Assembly: GCF_000179635.2 (NCBI RefSeq)
Contig: NC_014833.1
Location: 1-32,000 of the forward strand
Reading direction: 5' to 3'
DNA from: Ruminococcus albus 7 = DSM 20455
GTDB lineage: Bacteria > Bacillota > Clostridia > Oscillospirales > Ruminococcaceae
DNA: 32,000 bases
Made by a program: the position numbers and the translations under genes. Below, piece by piece: positions 1 to 11,348 of this stretch. Positions within the stretch are counted from its first letter, which is position 1. Every line of letters begins with the position of its first letter. Below the pieces are notes generated by a model, which was given only the letters and a program-made list of their open reading frames with translations, had not been told where the DNA came from and did no database searches.

Positions 1-6
1 TAAGAG

Positions 7-1386
7 TTGATAAACTCATTCAATGATGTTTTTGATGAAGTCTTGAAGTATTGCTATCGTCTGACAGGGAGCGATGTCCCGGGTGACAAGCGCATAAGCG
101 AACCGGGGTACCGTATGTGGATACAGGTCCTCAAACCATATAAGATGGAAAATAATGTGGCATACCTGCTGGCGAAGAGCGATTTTGTAAAACAGCAGAC
201 TCTTACCGCCTACGGCGATCTGCTCAATAAGGCTTTTGAAGAAGTCATGGGCTTCCCTATCAAAGTCGAGATAATGGTATCGGGCGATGATGAAGAGGAG
301 GAAAAGAAGGAACTGAGGATAGAGGATCCCGAAATAACCGAGGATCCCGATGTATATACCTTCGATAATTTTATCAGAGGCAGTTCCAACAGCCTGGCAT
401 ACGCTTTCTGCAAAGCCGTTGCCGAGAAGTATGATGCAAAGAACTCAGATAACGTTGATCCCGATAAGGTATTCAACCCCCTGATAATCTACGGTGATTC
501 GGGTCTTGGAAAAACTCACCTTATGAAAGCTATAGAGTATAAGGTAAGCAAGGATCATCCCGATCTGAAGATAATCTATACCACGGGTGAAGCCTTCATA
601 AATGAGCTGGTAAAAGCCCTCGAATTCAAAGATACCGTAAATTTCCATGAGAAATACCGTAATGCAGACCTTCTTCTGGTCGATGATATACAGATCATCG
701 CAGGCAAGGAAAGAATGCAGGACGAATTCTTCCATACATTCAACGAGCTGTACAATGCCCGTAAACAGATAGTGTTCACATCGGATGTACTGCCCTCAAA
801 GATGTCAAAGCTGCAGGACAGGATTTCAACAAGACTCAGCCTTGGTGTACTTGCAGATGTTCAGGCACCTGATTTCGAGACCAGGATGGCTATAATAAAC
901 CGCAAGGCAGAACTGCTGGGACTCAAGCTTTCAGATAACGTAGTAAGGCTCATAGCAGAAAAGCTGAAGACCAATATACGTCAGCTTGAAGGTACAGTTA
1001 AAAAGATAAAGGCTCTTACAATGTATACCAACGAGTCACCTTCCATATCCATGGCACAGCGAGTTATAAAGGAGATAATGATATCAAATCAGCCCTCCGA
1101 GATAACCGTTGACAGGATAATCTCCGAGGTGGCAAATGCCTTTGATGTTACTCCCGATGATATAAAGTCAAATCACAGGCATTCAAAAATATCTATCGCA
1201 AGAAAGATAACTATATATATATTGAAGGAAGTCAAGGGAATGACTTATACACAGATAGGCGATGCCCTCAATAAGAACCATTCCACCATGACCATACACT
1301 ATCGTGACGTATCAAAACTCCTTAAAACAAACAAGGAAATGAAGGATACCGTTGACGATATAATCAAGAACCTGAAAGAGAAATAA
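7..1386 (+). CDS. dnaA: chromosomal replication initiator protein DnaA
   Basis: 459-aa ORF with Walker A GDSGLGKTH, an AAA+ core and a C-terminal DNA-binding region; followed by an oriC-like spacer and dnaN. A stop at 1-3 closes the frame, and TTG at 7 is the only start that retains domain I. The RBS lies outside the window. Confidence 0.95.
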   Translation: MINSFNDVFDEVLKYCYRLTGSDVPGDKRISEPGYRMWIQVLKPYKMENNVAYLLAKSDFVKQQTLTAYGDLLNKAFEEVMGFPIKVEIMVSGDDEEEEKKELRIEDPEITEDPDVYTFDNFIRGSSNSLAYAFCKAVAEKYDAKNSDNVDPDKVFNPLIIYGDSGLGKTHLMKAIEYKVSKDHPDLKIIYTTGEAFINELVKALEFKDTVNFHEKYRNADLLLVDDIQIIAGKERMQDEFFHTFNELYNARKQIVFTSDVLPSKMSKLQDRISTRLSLGVLADVQAPDFETRMAIINRKAELLGLKLSDNVVRLIAEKLKTNIRQLEGTVKKIKALTMYTNESPSISMAQRVIKEIMISNQPSEITVDRIISEVANAFDVTPDDIKSNHRHSKISIARKITIYILKEVKGMTYTQIGDALNKNHSTMTIHYRDVSKLLKTNKEMKDTVDDIIKNLKEK

Positions 1387-1871
1387 TACATAACAACAGT
1401 TGGTGTATCCTGATTAACATATTAAGATATATCACAGTTATCAACATTTTCAACAGGTTTTTCAACAATTTTGATTTTTGTGACCGGCTTGCTTTTCAGG
1501 GAAATCCTGACAATATCCGACAGATTTTCAAACATTTCCACAAACGGGATATTTTGTTTTCAAATGCAAAAAGTTGAAAGATATTATCAAAAGAAATTTT
1601 CAACCGATTTTTCACTTTTAAACCAACATTTTCTAAACAATTCAACACCATAAAAATTTGCCAACAGCTTCCCAACAAGCCGCCCTCAAAAAAACACACC
1701 ACCCAAACAAAGTCTTTAAGGCACTCTCCGGACTTTCCAACAAAATCAACACACACTACTACTACTACTACAAATATATCTTAACTTATGTTTATCTTGG
1801 CACACAAAACTCAACAGATCACTACACCATAAGTTGAAAGTTCAACATCACCTAATGAAAGGATCGATAAT
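1387..1871. promoter_or_regulatory. oriC, the dnaA-dnaN intergenic replication origin, with a DnaA-box cluster and an AT-rich unwinding region
   Basis: 485-bp non-coding spacer in the canonical Firmicutes oriC position. It holds at least 10 same-orientation nnnTC(A/C)ACA motifs, e.g. TTATCAACA 1438-1446, TTTTCAACA 1447-1455 and 1459-1467, ATTTCCACA 1534-1542, TTTCCAACA 1734-1742 and AAATCAACA 1743-1751. A trinucleotide array and an AT-rich stretch (1772-1800) follow. Confidence 0.8.
1755..1771 (-). repeat. (ACT)5 microsatellite, reading (TAG)5 on the bottom strand; candidate DnaA-trio array
   Basis: actactactactactac lies 3 nt after two abutting DnaA-box-like 9-mers and directly before an AT-rich stretch. 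The bottom strand read 3'->5' is GAT x5, which matches the published DnaA-trio motif 3'-(G/A)AT-5'. Confidence 0.6.
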
Positions 1872-2978
1872 ATGAAATTCATCTGTACCAAGCAGACGCT
1901 TTATGATGCAATAGTCAATGTATCAAAAGCAGTATCCGAAAGATCAACTCTCCCTTCACTGGAGGGTATAAAGTTCTCACTTGCAGATTCTTTGCTTGAA
2001 CTTACCGGATATAACCTCGAAATGGGTATAAGAACCGTCATATCTGTAAGAAGCGACGATAAAGGATCCTGTATAATCAATGCCAGACTTTTCTCTGAGA
2101 TGATCAAGAAGATGTCGGCTGATGAAGTGCTGATAGATATATCCGACAGCTACCAGGTGACTATATCCGGAGGCGTGACCAAGTTCAATATGTTCGCAGC
2201 TTCTGCCGAAGACTATCCCGAACTCCCCGAGAAGGACAGCGAGACCCAGATACCCATATCCCAGCCTGTGCTGAAGAATATGATAGCCCAGACTAAATTC
2301 GCTGTGGCACTCACCGAAGATAAGCCGATACTTAAAGGCGAACTTTTCGATATCGAAAACAATACCCTTACCCTCGTTGCTATCGACGGCTACAGAATGG
2401 CAGTACGCTATGAACCTGTTAAGTATGCCGAGCAGATAAAATTCGTTGTACCCTCAAAATCTCTCTCCGAGATACAGGGACTACTCAGTGATAACGAAGA
2501 CGATACGGTGTATATACACCCGTCAAGAAAGCATATAATCTTTGATATCGGCGGATATATGGTATATTCAAGACTTCTCGAAGGTGACTTCCACCCCTAT
2601 AAGTCCGCTATACCGAATTCATCCAATACCGATGTAGTCGTAGACAGAAAAGAACTCATCTCAACCCTTGAAAGAGCTATGCTGCTCATCAATGACAGAT
2701 CTCCTTCTCCTGTAAGATGTTTCTTTGAGAACGACCACGTTAAGATAAACTGTACTACCGCACTCGGCAAGATCTCAGATGAGATCAGCGCTGATATAGC
2801 AGGTCCCGTTATCGAGATAGGCTTCAAGTGCAAATACCTCCTCGATCCCCTTAAAGTAATTGAGGACGAAAAAGTAAAACTCAGGATGGGCGGCAGTCTG
2901 CTGGCTATGAAGATAGTTCCCTGCGAGGGCGAAAAGTATACTTACCTCGTTCTTCCTGTACGTCTGCCGAGAGAGTAA
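1872..2978 (+). CDS. dnaN: DNA polymerase III beta sliding clamp
   Basis: 368-aa ORF of typical beta-clamp length and sequence character, immediately downstream of dnaA/oriC. RBS gaaagga sits upstream of the ATG. Confidence 0.95.
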   Translation: MKFICTKQTLYDAIVNVSKAVSERSTLPSLEGIKFSLADSLLELTGYNLEMGIRTVISVRSDDKGSCIINARLFSEMIKKMSADEVLIDISDSYQVTISGGVTKFNMFAASAEDYPELPEKDSETQIPISQPVLKNMIAQTKFAVALTEDKPILKGELFDIENNTLTLVAIDGYRMAVRYEPVKYAEQIKFVVPSKSLSEIQGLLSDNEDDTVYIHPSRKHIIFDIGGYMVYSRLLEGDFHPYKSAIPNSSNTDVVVDRKELISTLERAMLLINDRSPSPVRCFFENDHVKINCTTALGKISDEISADIAGPVIEIGFKCKYLLDPLKVIEDEKVKLRMGGSLLAMKIVPCEGEKYTYLVLPVRLPRE

Positions 2979-2999
2979 TAATATACCGAAAGGAAAAAT

Positions 3000-3224
3000 A
3001 TGGAATATAAACAGAAAGAAGTAAATATAACTTCCGAATTCATAAAGCTTGATTCCCTGCTAAAATTCGCAGGAATAGTAGAAACAGGCGGAATCGGCAA
3101 GGAGATAATCCTTGAAGAACGCATAAAGGTCAACGGTGAAGTATGCACCATGCGCGGCAAAAAGATCCGCCCGGGCGATAAAGTACAGATAGACGAGATA
3201 AAGACTGAACTCGTGATAAAGTAA
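3000..3224 (+). CDS. yaaA: S4-domain RNA-binding protein (YaaA/RlbA-like)
   Basis: 74-aa ORF with an S4-like motif ([23 protein letters not shown]...VNGEV...RGKKIRPGD) in the conserved dnaN-yaaA-recF position. Its stop overlaps the recF ATG (TAATG). Confidence 0.85.
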   Translation: MEYKQKEVNITSEFIKLDSLLKFAGIVETGGIGKEIILEERIKVNGEVCTMRGKKIRPGDKVQIDEIKTELVIK

Positions 3225-4354
3225 TGTTCATTACGGATCTATCGGTGAACGGCTTCAAGAATCTCAAAAATATCGAGATAAAGCCCCATGAGAAAATAAA
3301 TATCTTCTGCGGAAAAAATGCCCAGGGCAAGACCAATCTCATCGAAGCCATATGGCTGTGCAGCGGCGCAAGGAGTTTCCGCAGCACCAAGGACAGACGC
3401 ATGATAGGCGACGACGAACAGGTCATGGAGATATGCCTTTCGTTCAAAAACAGCTTCCGCGAACAGGATATAAGATACGCTATGGCAAAACCGAATATCA
3501 AGGAAAAAAGCGTTTTCCTGAACGGCGTTAAGCTGAAAGCCCCGTCAAAACTCTTCGGCGGACTGAACTGCGTCATCTTTACCCCCGAAGATCTTGAACT
3601 TTCCAAAGGTTCACCCGATAACAGAAGACGATTTGCCGATCTTTCTGTATCGCAGATAAAGAATTCCTACAGCGCTGTAACAGAGAAGTATGAAAAGCTT
3701 ATCGACCAGAGAAATACCCTGCTGAAAAATATCTCCTATGGCAGAGGCAGAAGAGAAGAACTTGAAATGTGGGATATCCAGCTTGCCCAGATGGGCGCTT
3801 ATATATCCCTGCTGAGGTTCAATTATACCCGAAAACTCTGTGCTATCGCCAAAAAGCTGTATTCCGAGATATCTGGCGGCAGCGAGGAACTTGATATAGA
3901 TTATTATTCCACGGTATATGATACAAAACTGCTTGGTGCAGCTTCGGTATACACAGGCGAACTCACCGAACAGTACCTCAATGTGCTGAAAAATAATATC
4001 GACGATGATATCCGCGCAGGTTTCACGCAAAAAGGTGTCCACCGCGATGACCTTATCTGCAGGATAAACGGTTCCCCCGTGAGAGAGGATGCTTCACAGG
4101 GTCAGCACCGTTCAGTCGCACTTATCATGAAGCTTTCGCAGGCGTATATCCTCCATGAGGAGATAGACGATCATCCCGTTATCCTCCTCGATGACGTCCT
4201 CAGCGAACTCGACCCCTCAAGGCAGAAGTTCGTTATATCAAAAATACACGATATGCAGGTGTTTATAACCTGCTGTGATATGAATATCCCATTTGATGAA
4301 AAACAGCATGGAAAGATATTCAACATAGAAAAGGGTCAGATAAAGAAAAAATGA
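3224..4354 (+). CDS. recF: DNA replication/repair protein RecF
   Basis: 376-aa ORF with N-terminal Walker A GKNAQGKTN, an SMC-like signature region and a Walker B (ILLDDVLSELD). Conserved synteny. Confidence 0.93.
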   Translation: MFITDLSVNGFKNLKNIEIKPHEKINIFCGKNAQGKTNLIEAIWLCSGARSFRSTKDRRMIGDDEQVMEICLSFKNSFREQDIRYAMAKPNIKEKSVFLNGVKLKAPSKLFGGLNCVIFTPEDLELSKGSPDNRRRFADLSVSQIKNSYSAVTEKYEKLIDQRNTLLKNISYGRGRREELEMWDIQLAQMGAYISLLRFNYTRKLCAIAKKLYSEISGGSEELDIDYYSTVYDTKLLGAASVYTGELTEQYLNVLKNNIDDDIRAGFTQKGVHRDDLICRINGSPVREDASQGQHRSVALIMKLSQAYILHEEIDDHPVILLDDVLSELDPSRQKFVISKIHDMQVFITCCDMNIPFDEKQHGKIFNIEKGQIKKK

Positions 4355-4383
4355 CCCTGTGATAAAAGAAAGAGATGAATGAT

Positions 4384-4692
4384 ATGGACGAGATCAAAGA
4401 AGTTAATGTTGTACAGTGCGATAAAGGGCATCTTTACCCCGGAAATATCCACAAGACCTGTCCGTTCTGCATAGAAGAAGCAAAGATAATTGAAAGACGT
4501 GAAGCTCTCAAAAAAGGGAAAGAACGTGAATTTCATATAAATACCAGATGGGAAAATTTCAAGCATTTGTTCGATCAGTGCAGAGAAGACTTCAAGGATT
4601 TGTGTGCTTTCCTGAACGATAAGTTTGAAAGCTATGATCCCTATAAAAATGATCCCTGGCGTGATGAACATTACTGGGATCTGTACAGATAG
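4384..4692 (+). CDS. small zinc-ribbon-like protein, paralogue A (function unknown)
   Basis: Paralogous to the next ORF over about 60 aa (MDEI(K/R)EV.VV.CDKGHLY....(H/Y)KTCP(F/Y)C ... H(I/V)NTRWENF). It has a C-x3-H ... C-x2-C motif. I set the start at 4384 by alignment with the paralogue; the ORF track starts at the alternative ATG 4375. Confidence 0.6.
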   Translation: MDEIKEVNVVQCDKGHLYPGNIHKTCPFCIEEAKIIERREALKKGKEREFHINTRWENFKHLFDQCREDFKDLCAFLNDKFESYDPYKNDPWRDEHYWDLYR

Positions 4693-4753
4693 TCATGTAT
4701 AGCAGAGAAAAAAATAATGATTTGTTTGTAACCAAAGAAAAGAGAGAGACAAT

Positions 4754-5101
4754 ATGGACGAGATCAGAGAAGTACAGGTAGTAAAGTGCGATAAGGGACA
4801 TCTGTATGCCGCAAATGAATACAAGACCTGCCCTTATTGCAAGATATACGAAAAGAAAAAAGAGGAAGAAGCCCAAAGGATACGGGCTGTAAAAGCCCGC
4901 GAACTCCATGTGAATACCAGGTGGGAAAATTTCAGACTCTGGTTCGATGATCATTTCGGTACGCTGTTTTCAGTTATCTGGACAACTATCAAGATAATAA
5001 CAGCGCCATTAAGACTTATCGCGAAATCCGGATATGAAAATCAGCATGGAGAATGGAGCAGGGGCACTTCTTACAGTGAACAGCACAGATGGCACAGATA
5101 A
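4754..5101 (+). CDS. small zinc-ribbon-like protein, paralogue B (function unknown; hydrophobic segment in the C-terminal half)
   Basis: 115-aa ORF. The N-terminal ~60 aa and the upstream purine-rich leader are both homologous to paralogue A. The C-terminus diverges and contains FGTLFSVIWTTIKIITAPLRLIA. Confidence 0.6.
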   Translation: MDEIREVQVVKCDKGHLYAANEYKTCPYCKIYEKKKEEEAQRIRAVKARELHVNTRWENFRLWFDDHFGTLFSVIWTTIKIITAPLRLIAKSGYENQHGEWSRGTSYSEQHRWHR

Positions 5102-5122
5102 AGACCGTAATGGGGTTAGGAT

Positions 5123-5389
5123 ATGTATCTTCATATAGGTAATGATTTTATGGTCAACAGCAAAAATATAGTCGGGATATTTGATCTTGAAAACAGCTCG
5201 ACTTCAGCTATAACAAGAGATTATCTCGGCAGTGCCGAAAAAAATAAACACGTCACCTACTGCACATACGAGCTCCCGAAAAGCTTCGTTGTGTGCTTTG
5301 ATGATAAAACTCTTGAGGAAAGGGTATATATAAGCCAGCTGAGCTGCGCTACCCTGCTGAAGAGATATAAATCAAGTCGGAGGTATTGA
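5123..5389 (+). CDS. remB: DUF370 protein, RemB/YaaB-like
   Basis: 88-aa ORF. MYLHIGNDFMVNSKNIVGIFDL... resembles B. subtilis YaaB/RemB as I recall it, and sits in the conserved position immediately upstream of gyrB. Confidence 0.85.
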   Translation: MYLHIGNDFMVNSKNIVGIFDLENSSTSAITRDYLGSAEKNKHVTYCTYELPKSFVVCFDDKTLEERVYISQLSCATLLKRYKSSRRY

Positions 5390-7381
<1,992 letters not shown>

Positions 7382-7405
7382 ATATATCGGACAGGAGCGT
7401 ACCCA

Positions 7406-8110
7406 ATGGAAATAGATATATCCAAAAACGGCGGTAATACCGAAGAAACAGTGGAAAAGGTCGAAAGATTCTATGAGAGGGATGTCCTCGATAAGAAAGA
7501 AGAGGATATTCCCAATACCGCTGAGGAAAAGGAATTCGTCCCCGCAGGCGAACCTCTTACAGGCTTTGAGTATAATATCAAAAACGAAGAAGAGGAAGAA
7601 GCTTTCACTGTTTTCCAGAAAAAGTATGTGTATAAGCGCAACTGGATAGTTACAGCACTTTTCTCAGTGGTGGCGATCATGTTTATGATATCCATAGCAA
7701 GGGATCCCGGCGTGTACCTCAATTGGGTGCTGTGCTTTGTGTGCCTTGTGATGATATTCACCACATGGTTCAATACATTCCGCATAAAAAAATATCTGAT
7801 GAAAGCACTTGCTTCCCTTGAAGACGATAAATACCGCTTCACCCTCTATGATGACTGCTTCAAGATAGAAACAGTATTCACCGAGGAAGAGATGCAGGCA
7901 GAGGACTTCGTTCCCGTAAAGCCACGTATCGTCAGGTTTGAAGATATCTCACTGAACATAATTGAGAATGCAAGACTTTTCATAATCATCCTCAGAAAAG
8001 AGACTATCTATGTACTCTCAAAGCGCGTGATAAAAGAAAAGGATCAGACACTTCTGAGAGATAAGCTGAAAGAAGTCCTGGGCGAGGATTATGAGGTAAG
8101 TGAGAACTAA
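7406..8110 (+). CDS. hypothetical membrane protein (acidic N-terminus, two TM helices, YcxB-like layout)
   Basis: 234-aa ORF with RBS aggag upstream. Two adjacent hydrophobic helices (WIVTALFSVVAIMFMISI, WVLCFVCLVMIFTTWF) precede a soluble C-terminal domain. The family assignment is tentative. Confidence 0.75.
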   Translation: MEIDISKNGGNTEETVEKVERFYERDVLDKKEEDIPNTAEEKEFVPAGEPLTGFEYNIKNEEEEEAFTVFQKKYVYKRNWIVTALFSVVAIMFMISIARDPGVYLNWVLCFVCLVMIFTTWFNTFRIKKYLMKALASLEDDKYRFTLYDDCFKIETVFTEEEMQAEDFVPVKPRIVRFEDISLNIIENARLFIIILRKETIYVLSKRVIKEKDQTLLRDKLKEVLGEDYEVSEN

Positions 8111-8695
8111 ATGAGAAACAGAATAAAAAACAGAGGTATAGCCTTACTGCTTATCGGTATAGTGTTTGTGTTGATGGGAGTATTTCTGGCAGTACATTAT
8201 GCAAGCTTTATATTCCTGGGAAAAACCGTTGACCTCAATGAGGTGCTGAAAAACGGCGAGGAACTTCCGCAGGGTGAATTTGTAAGCTATACCTGCGAAT
8301 ATCCTATCGGCAATTATTGCGAACTTCAGACCTATATCAACGGCATAATCCCGACACCGTCAAAAAGTCAGTTATATGCCATGATGGACGAGTATGACGG
8401 AAAAGGGCTGATATTTTCCGCTAAGGTGAATAACAAGAATAAGATAAAAGAGTTCAACAGAGTTGTCAACGGGCAGACAGAAAGCGTAACTGTTGTGGGA
8501 TCTTTGGATACCATCGTAAATTATGATGCATCTCAATATCTTAAAAATAGCTGCAGCAATATCGAAGGCGATGTAGTTCTTACAGAATTTGTTATAGATT
8601 CTACAAAGACAAGATTTTCACAGATTGCTTTATGCATTTTCGCAATCGCGCTTGGCGTATTTTGTCTGGTAACGTTTATCAAGAAAAAAAGATAA
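8111..8695 (+). CDS. hypothetical membrane protein (N- and C-terminal TM helices)
   Basis: 194-aa ORF. Its ATG directly abuts the previous stop (TAAATG). TM helices at IALLLIGIVFVLMGVFLAV and IALCIFAIALGVFCLVTFI. I recognise no family. Confidence 0.72.
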   Translation: MRNRIKNRGIALLLIGIVFVLMGVFLAVHYASFIFLGKTVDLNEVLKNGEELPQGEFVSYTCEYPIGNYCELQTYINGIIPTPSKSQLYAMMDEYDGKGLIFSAKVNNKNKIKEFNRVVNGQTESVTVVGSLDTIVNYDASQYLKNSCSNIEGDVVLTEFVIDSTKTRFSQIALCIFAIALGVFCLVTFIKKKR

Positions 8696-8814
8696 TAGCA
8701 AAGTCATCTATTCTGTAGTGACTTCAGCATTATCTATTTCGTAAACAAAATGAAAGTCCCCCGCAAATGGCAGCGAGCTTGCGAGCGACCGAAAATAAAA
8801 GAGGAGCTGATATA

Positions 8815-11325
8815 GTGGACGAATATAATCTTTTAAATCAGGACGTGGAAAGCATAATGAAGGAATCATTCCTTCAGTATTCCATGGCTGTTATCGTATC
8901 AAGAGCACTTCCTGATGTAAGAGACGGCTTGAAGCCTGTTCACAGAAGAATATTATATACAATGCATGAGAACGGACTTACTCCCGATCAGGCATACCGT
9001 AAGTGCGCCGATACCGTAGGTTCTGTGCTGGGTAGATATCACCCTCACGGTGACGCTTCCGTGTACGATGCACTGGTAAGACTTGCACAGAGCTTTTCAC
9101 TGAGATATCCTCTGGTTGACGGTCACGGAAACTTCGGTTCAGTGGACGGCGACCCGCCTGCTGCTTACCGTTATACCGAAGCTAAAATGGCTAAAATGGC
9201 TGTTAATATGCTCACCGATATCAAGAAGGATACGGTAGATTTCCAGTCAAACTACGATGACAGATTGCAGGAACCTTGTGTACTTCCCTCCCGTTTCCCG
9301 AATATACTCTGTAACGGCGCGGTTGGTATCGCAGTTGGTATGGCTACTAATATACCCCCTCATAACCTCCATGAAGTTATCGAGGGCATGAAGATAGTTA
9401 TACAGAACCCCGATTGTACCCTCGATGAACTTATGCAGGCTATCAAGGGACCCGACTTCCCTACCGGCGGTATCATAATGGGCAGAAGCGGTATCAGAGC
9501 CGCTTACGGCACAGGCAGAGGCAAGATAACCCTCCGTTCCAAGACATCCATTGAGGAGATCAAGGGCAGAAACTGTATCGTTGTTACCGAGATACCCTAT
9601 ATGGTCAATAAGGCAAAGCTTGTTGAATCCATAGCAGGTCTTGTTAAGGATAAGCGCGTTGAGGGTATCCACGACCTCCGCGATGAAACCAGCCGTGACG
9701 GTATGCGTATCGTCATCGAACTGAAAAAGGACGCAAATCCCCAGGTGGTATTGAATAAACTCTTCAGCTATACCCAGCTTCAGGACAGCGTAGGTGTTAT
9801 ACTGCTGGCACTGGTGAACGGTATACCAAAGATACTTACCTTAAAGCAGATACTTCAGGAGTATATAGATTTCCAGGTAAGCGTTATACGCAGAAGGACC
9901 GAGTTCGACCTGAAAAAAGCCAAGGAACGCGAGCACATCCTGCAGGGTCTTGTTATCGCCCTCGATAATATAGATGAAGTTATCGAGATAATGAAGAACT
10001 CAAAGAGCATCCCCGAAGCTAAGCAGAAACTCTGTACCCGTTTCGGTCTTACAGATGTTCAGGCAGACCATATCGCTCAGATGACCCTCGGCAGACTCAC
10101 AGGTATGGAGCGTCAGAAGATCATCGATGAACTGGCTGAGATAACCGCTACAGTTGCAGATCTGGAAGATATCCTCGCAAATGAGCAGAGAGTGTTCGAT
10201 ATCATCATCGAGGAAGTTGAAGCTATACAGGAAAAATTCGGTGATGAAAGACGTACCCAGATCGAGAACGTCAGCGGCGAAGTTGATATCGAAGATCTTA
10301 TCCCCGTTGAGGAAAGCGTCGTTACTTATACCAATGTTGGATATATCAAGCGTATGCCAATAAGCGTGTATAAGGCGCAGAACCGCGGCGGCAAGGGCGT
10401 TACAGGCATGAAGCAGCGTGAGGATGACTGCATCACCGAAATGAGCGTTTGCTCATCCCACGATAATATACTCTTTATCACCACAAAGGGTATCGCCTAT
10501 AAGATGAAGTGCTATGAACTCCCCGAGGGCTCAAAGGCTTCACGCGGCGTGAATATCAAGAATCTTCTCGAACTTTCCGATGATAACCTCATCGCAGCTA
10601 TGATAAAGGTCGAGGATTTTGACGATGATAAGTATATCGTAATGGTCACCAAGAGGGGCAAAATCAAGAGGACTCCTCTCTCCGCTTATAAGAACGTCCG
10701 CAAGAACGGTCTTATCGCTATCGGTCTTGACGAGGGCGACGAGATTGCAGGCGTAAGACTTACAGGCGGTCAGAACGAACTGCTGATAGCTACCCATAAC
10801 GGTATGGCTATACGTATCAGCGAGAACGATGTCAGGGTAATGTCCAGAACAGCCCACGGCGTAAGAGCGATAAAACTCCGTGAGGGTGACTACGTTGTAT
10901 CAATGGCACGTATCCGTGAGGGTGCAACAGTCCTGACAGTCAGCGAGACAGGTCTCGGCAGACGTGTGGCACTTGAAAACTATCCTATCCGTCACAGAGG
11001 CGGTCACGGTGTACTGAACTATAAGAACGGCGAAGTATGCGGCATAAAGGTAGTCGATGAAGAGGACGATATCATCATGATATCCTCCGACGGTATAGTT
11101 ATCAGACTCCGTGCCTGCGATATCAGCGTCATGGGCAGATATTCCCGCGGCGTAAGACTGATGAAGGTTGCAGGCGAAAATAAGGTCGTAACATTCACCA
11201 GAACAGAACACGACGACGAAGCCGAGATAGCTGAGGTCGAAAAGGCAAGCGAGGAAGATATCCTCAAAGCCCAGGAAGAAGAAAAAGCAGAAGTCCTCGA
11301 AGAAGATACAGTAGCTGAGGATTGA
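8815..11325 (+). CDS. gyrA: DNA gyrase subunit A
   Basis: QRDR-type [17 protein letters not shown], catalytic-Tyr region AAYRYTE, a C-terminal beta-pinwheel region and an acidic tail. I prefer GTG 8815 (GAGGAG 8 nt upstream) to the ORF-track ATG 8767, which has no RBS. Confidence 0.95.
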   Translation: MDEYNLLNQDVESIMKESFLQYSMAVIVSRALPDVRDGLKPVHRRILYTMHENGLTPDQAYRKCADTVGSVLGRYHPHGDASVYDALVRLAQSFSLRYPLVDGHGNFGSVDGDPPAAYRYTEAKMAKMAVNMLTDIKKDTVDFQSNYDDRLQEPCVLPSRFPNILCNGAVGIAVGMATNIPPHNLHEVIEGMKIVIQNPDCTLDELMQAIKGPDFPTGGIIMGRSGIRAAYGTGRGKITLRSKTSIEEIKGRNCIVVTEIPYMVNKAKLVESIAGLVKDKRVEGIHDLRDETSRDGMRIVIELKKDANPQVVLNKLFSYTQLQDSVGVILLALVNGIPKILTLKQILQEYIDFQVSVIRRRTEFDLKKAKEREHILQGLVIALDNIDEVIEIMKNSKSIPEAKQKLCTRFGLTDVQADHIAQMTLGRLTGMERQKIIDELAEITATVADLEDILANEQRVFDIIIEEVEAIQEKFGDERRTQIENVSGEVDIEDLIPVEESVVTYTNVGYIKRMPISVYKAQNRGGKGVTGMKQREDDCITEMSVCSSHDNILFITTKGIAYKMKCYELPEGSKASRGVNIKNLLELSDDNLIAAMIKVEDFDDDKYIVMVTKRGKIKRTPLSAYKNVRKNGLIAIGLDEGDEIAGVRLTGGQNELLIATHNGMAIRISENDVRVMSRTAHGVRAIKLREGDYVVSMARIREGATVLTVSETGLGRRVALENYPIRHRGGHGVLNYKNGEVCGIKVVDEEDDIIMISSDGIVIRLRACDISVMGRYSRGVRLMKVAGENKVVTFTRTEHDDEAEIAEVEKASEEDILKAQEEEKAEVLEEDTVAED

Positions 11326-11348
11326 TGCCCGACAATATCCGCCTGTGA

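Noticed and set aside
1471-1756. ORFs 1471-1653 (+) and 1496-1756 (-) inside the dnaA-dnaN spacer
   Set aside because: They lie in oriC, are low-complexity and AT-rich, and have no RBS. The region is explained by DnaA boxes and the DUE.
4336-4954. Minus-strand ORFs 4336-4671 and 4592-4954 opposite the small zinc-ribbon paralogues
   Set aside because: They look mutually similar only because the plus-strand genes are duplicated. The plus-strand frames carry the conserved Cys/His and NTRWENF motifs and purine-rich leaders.
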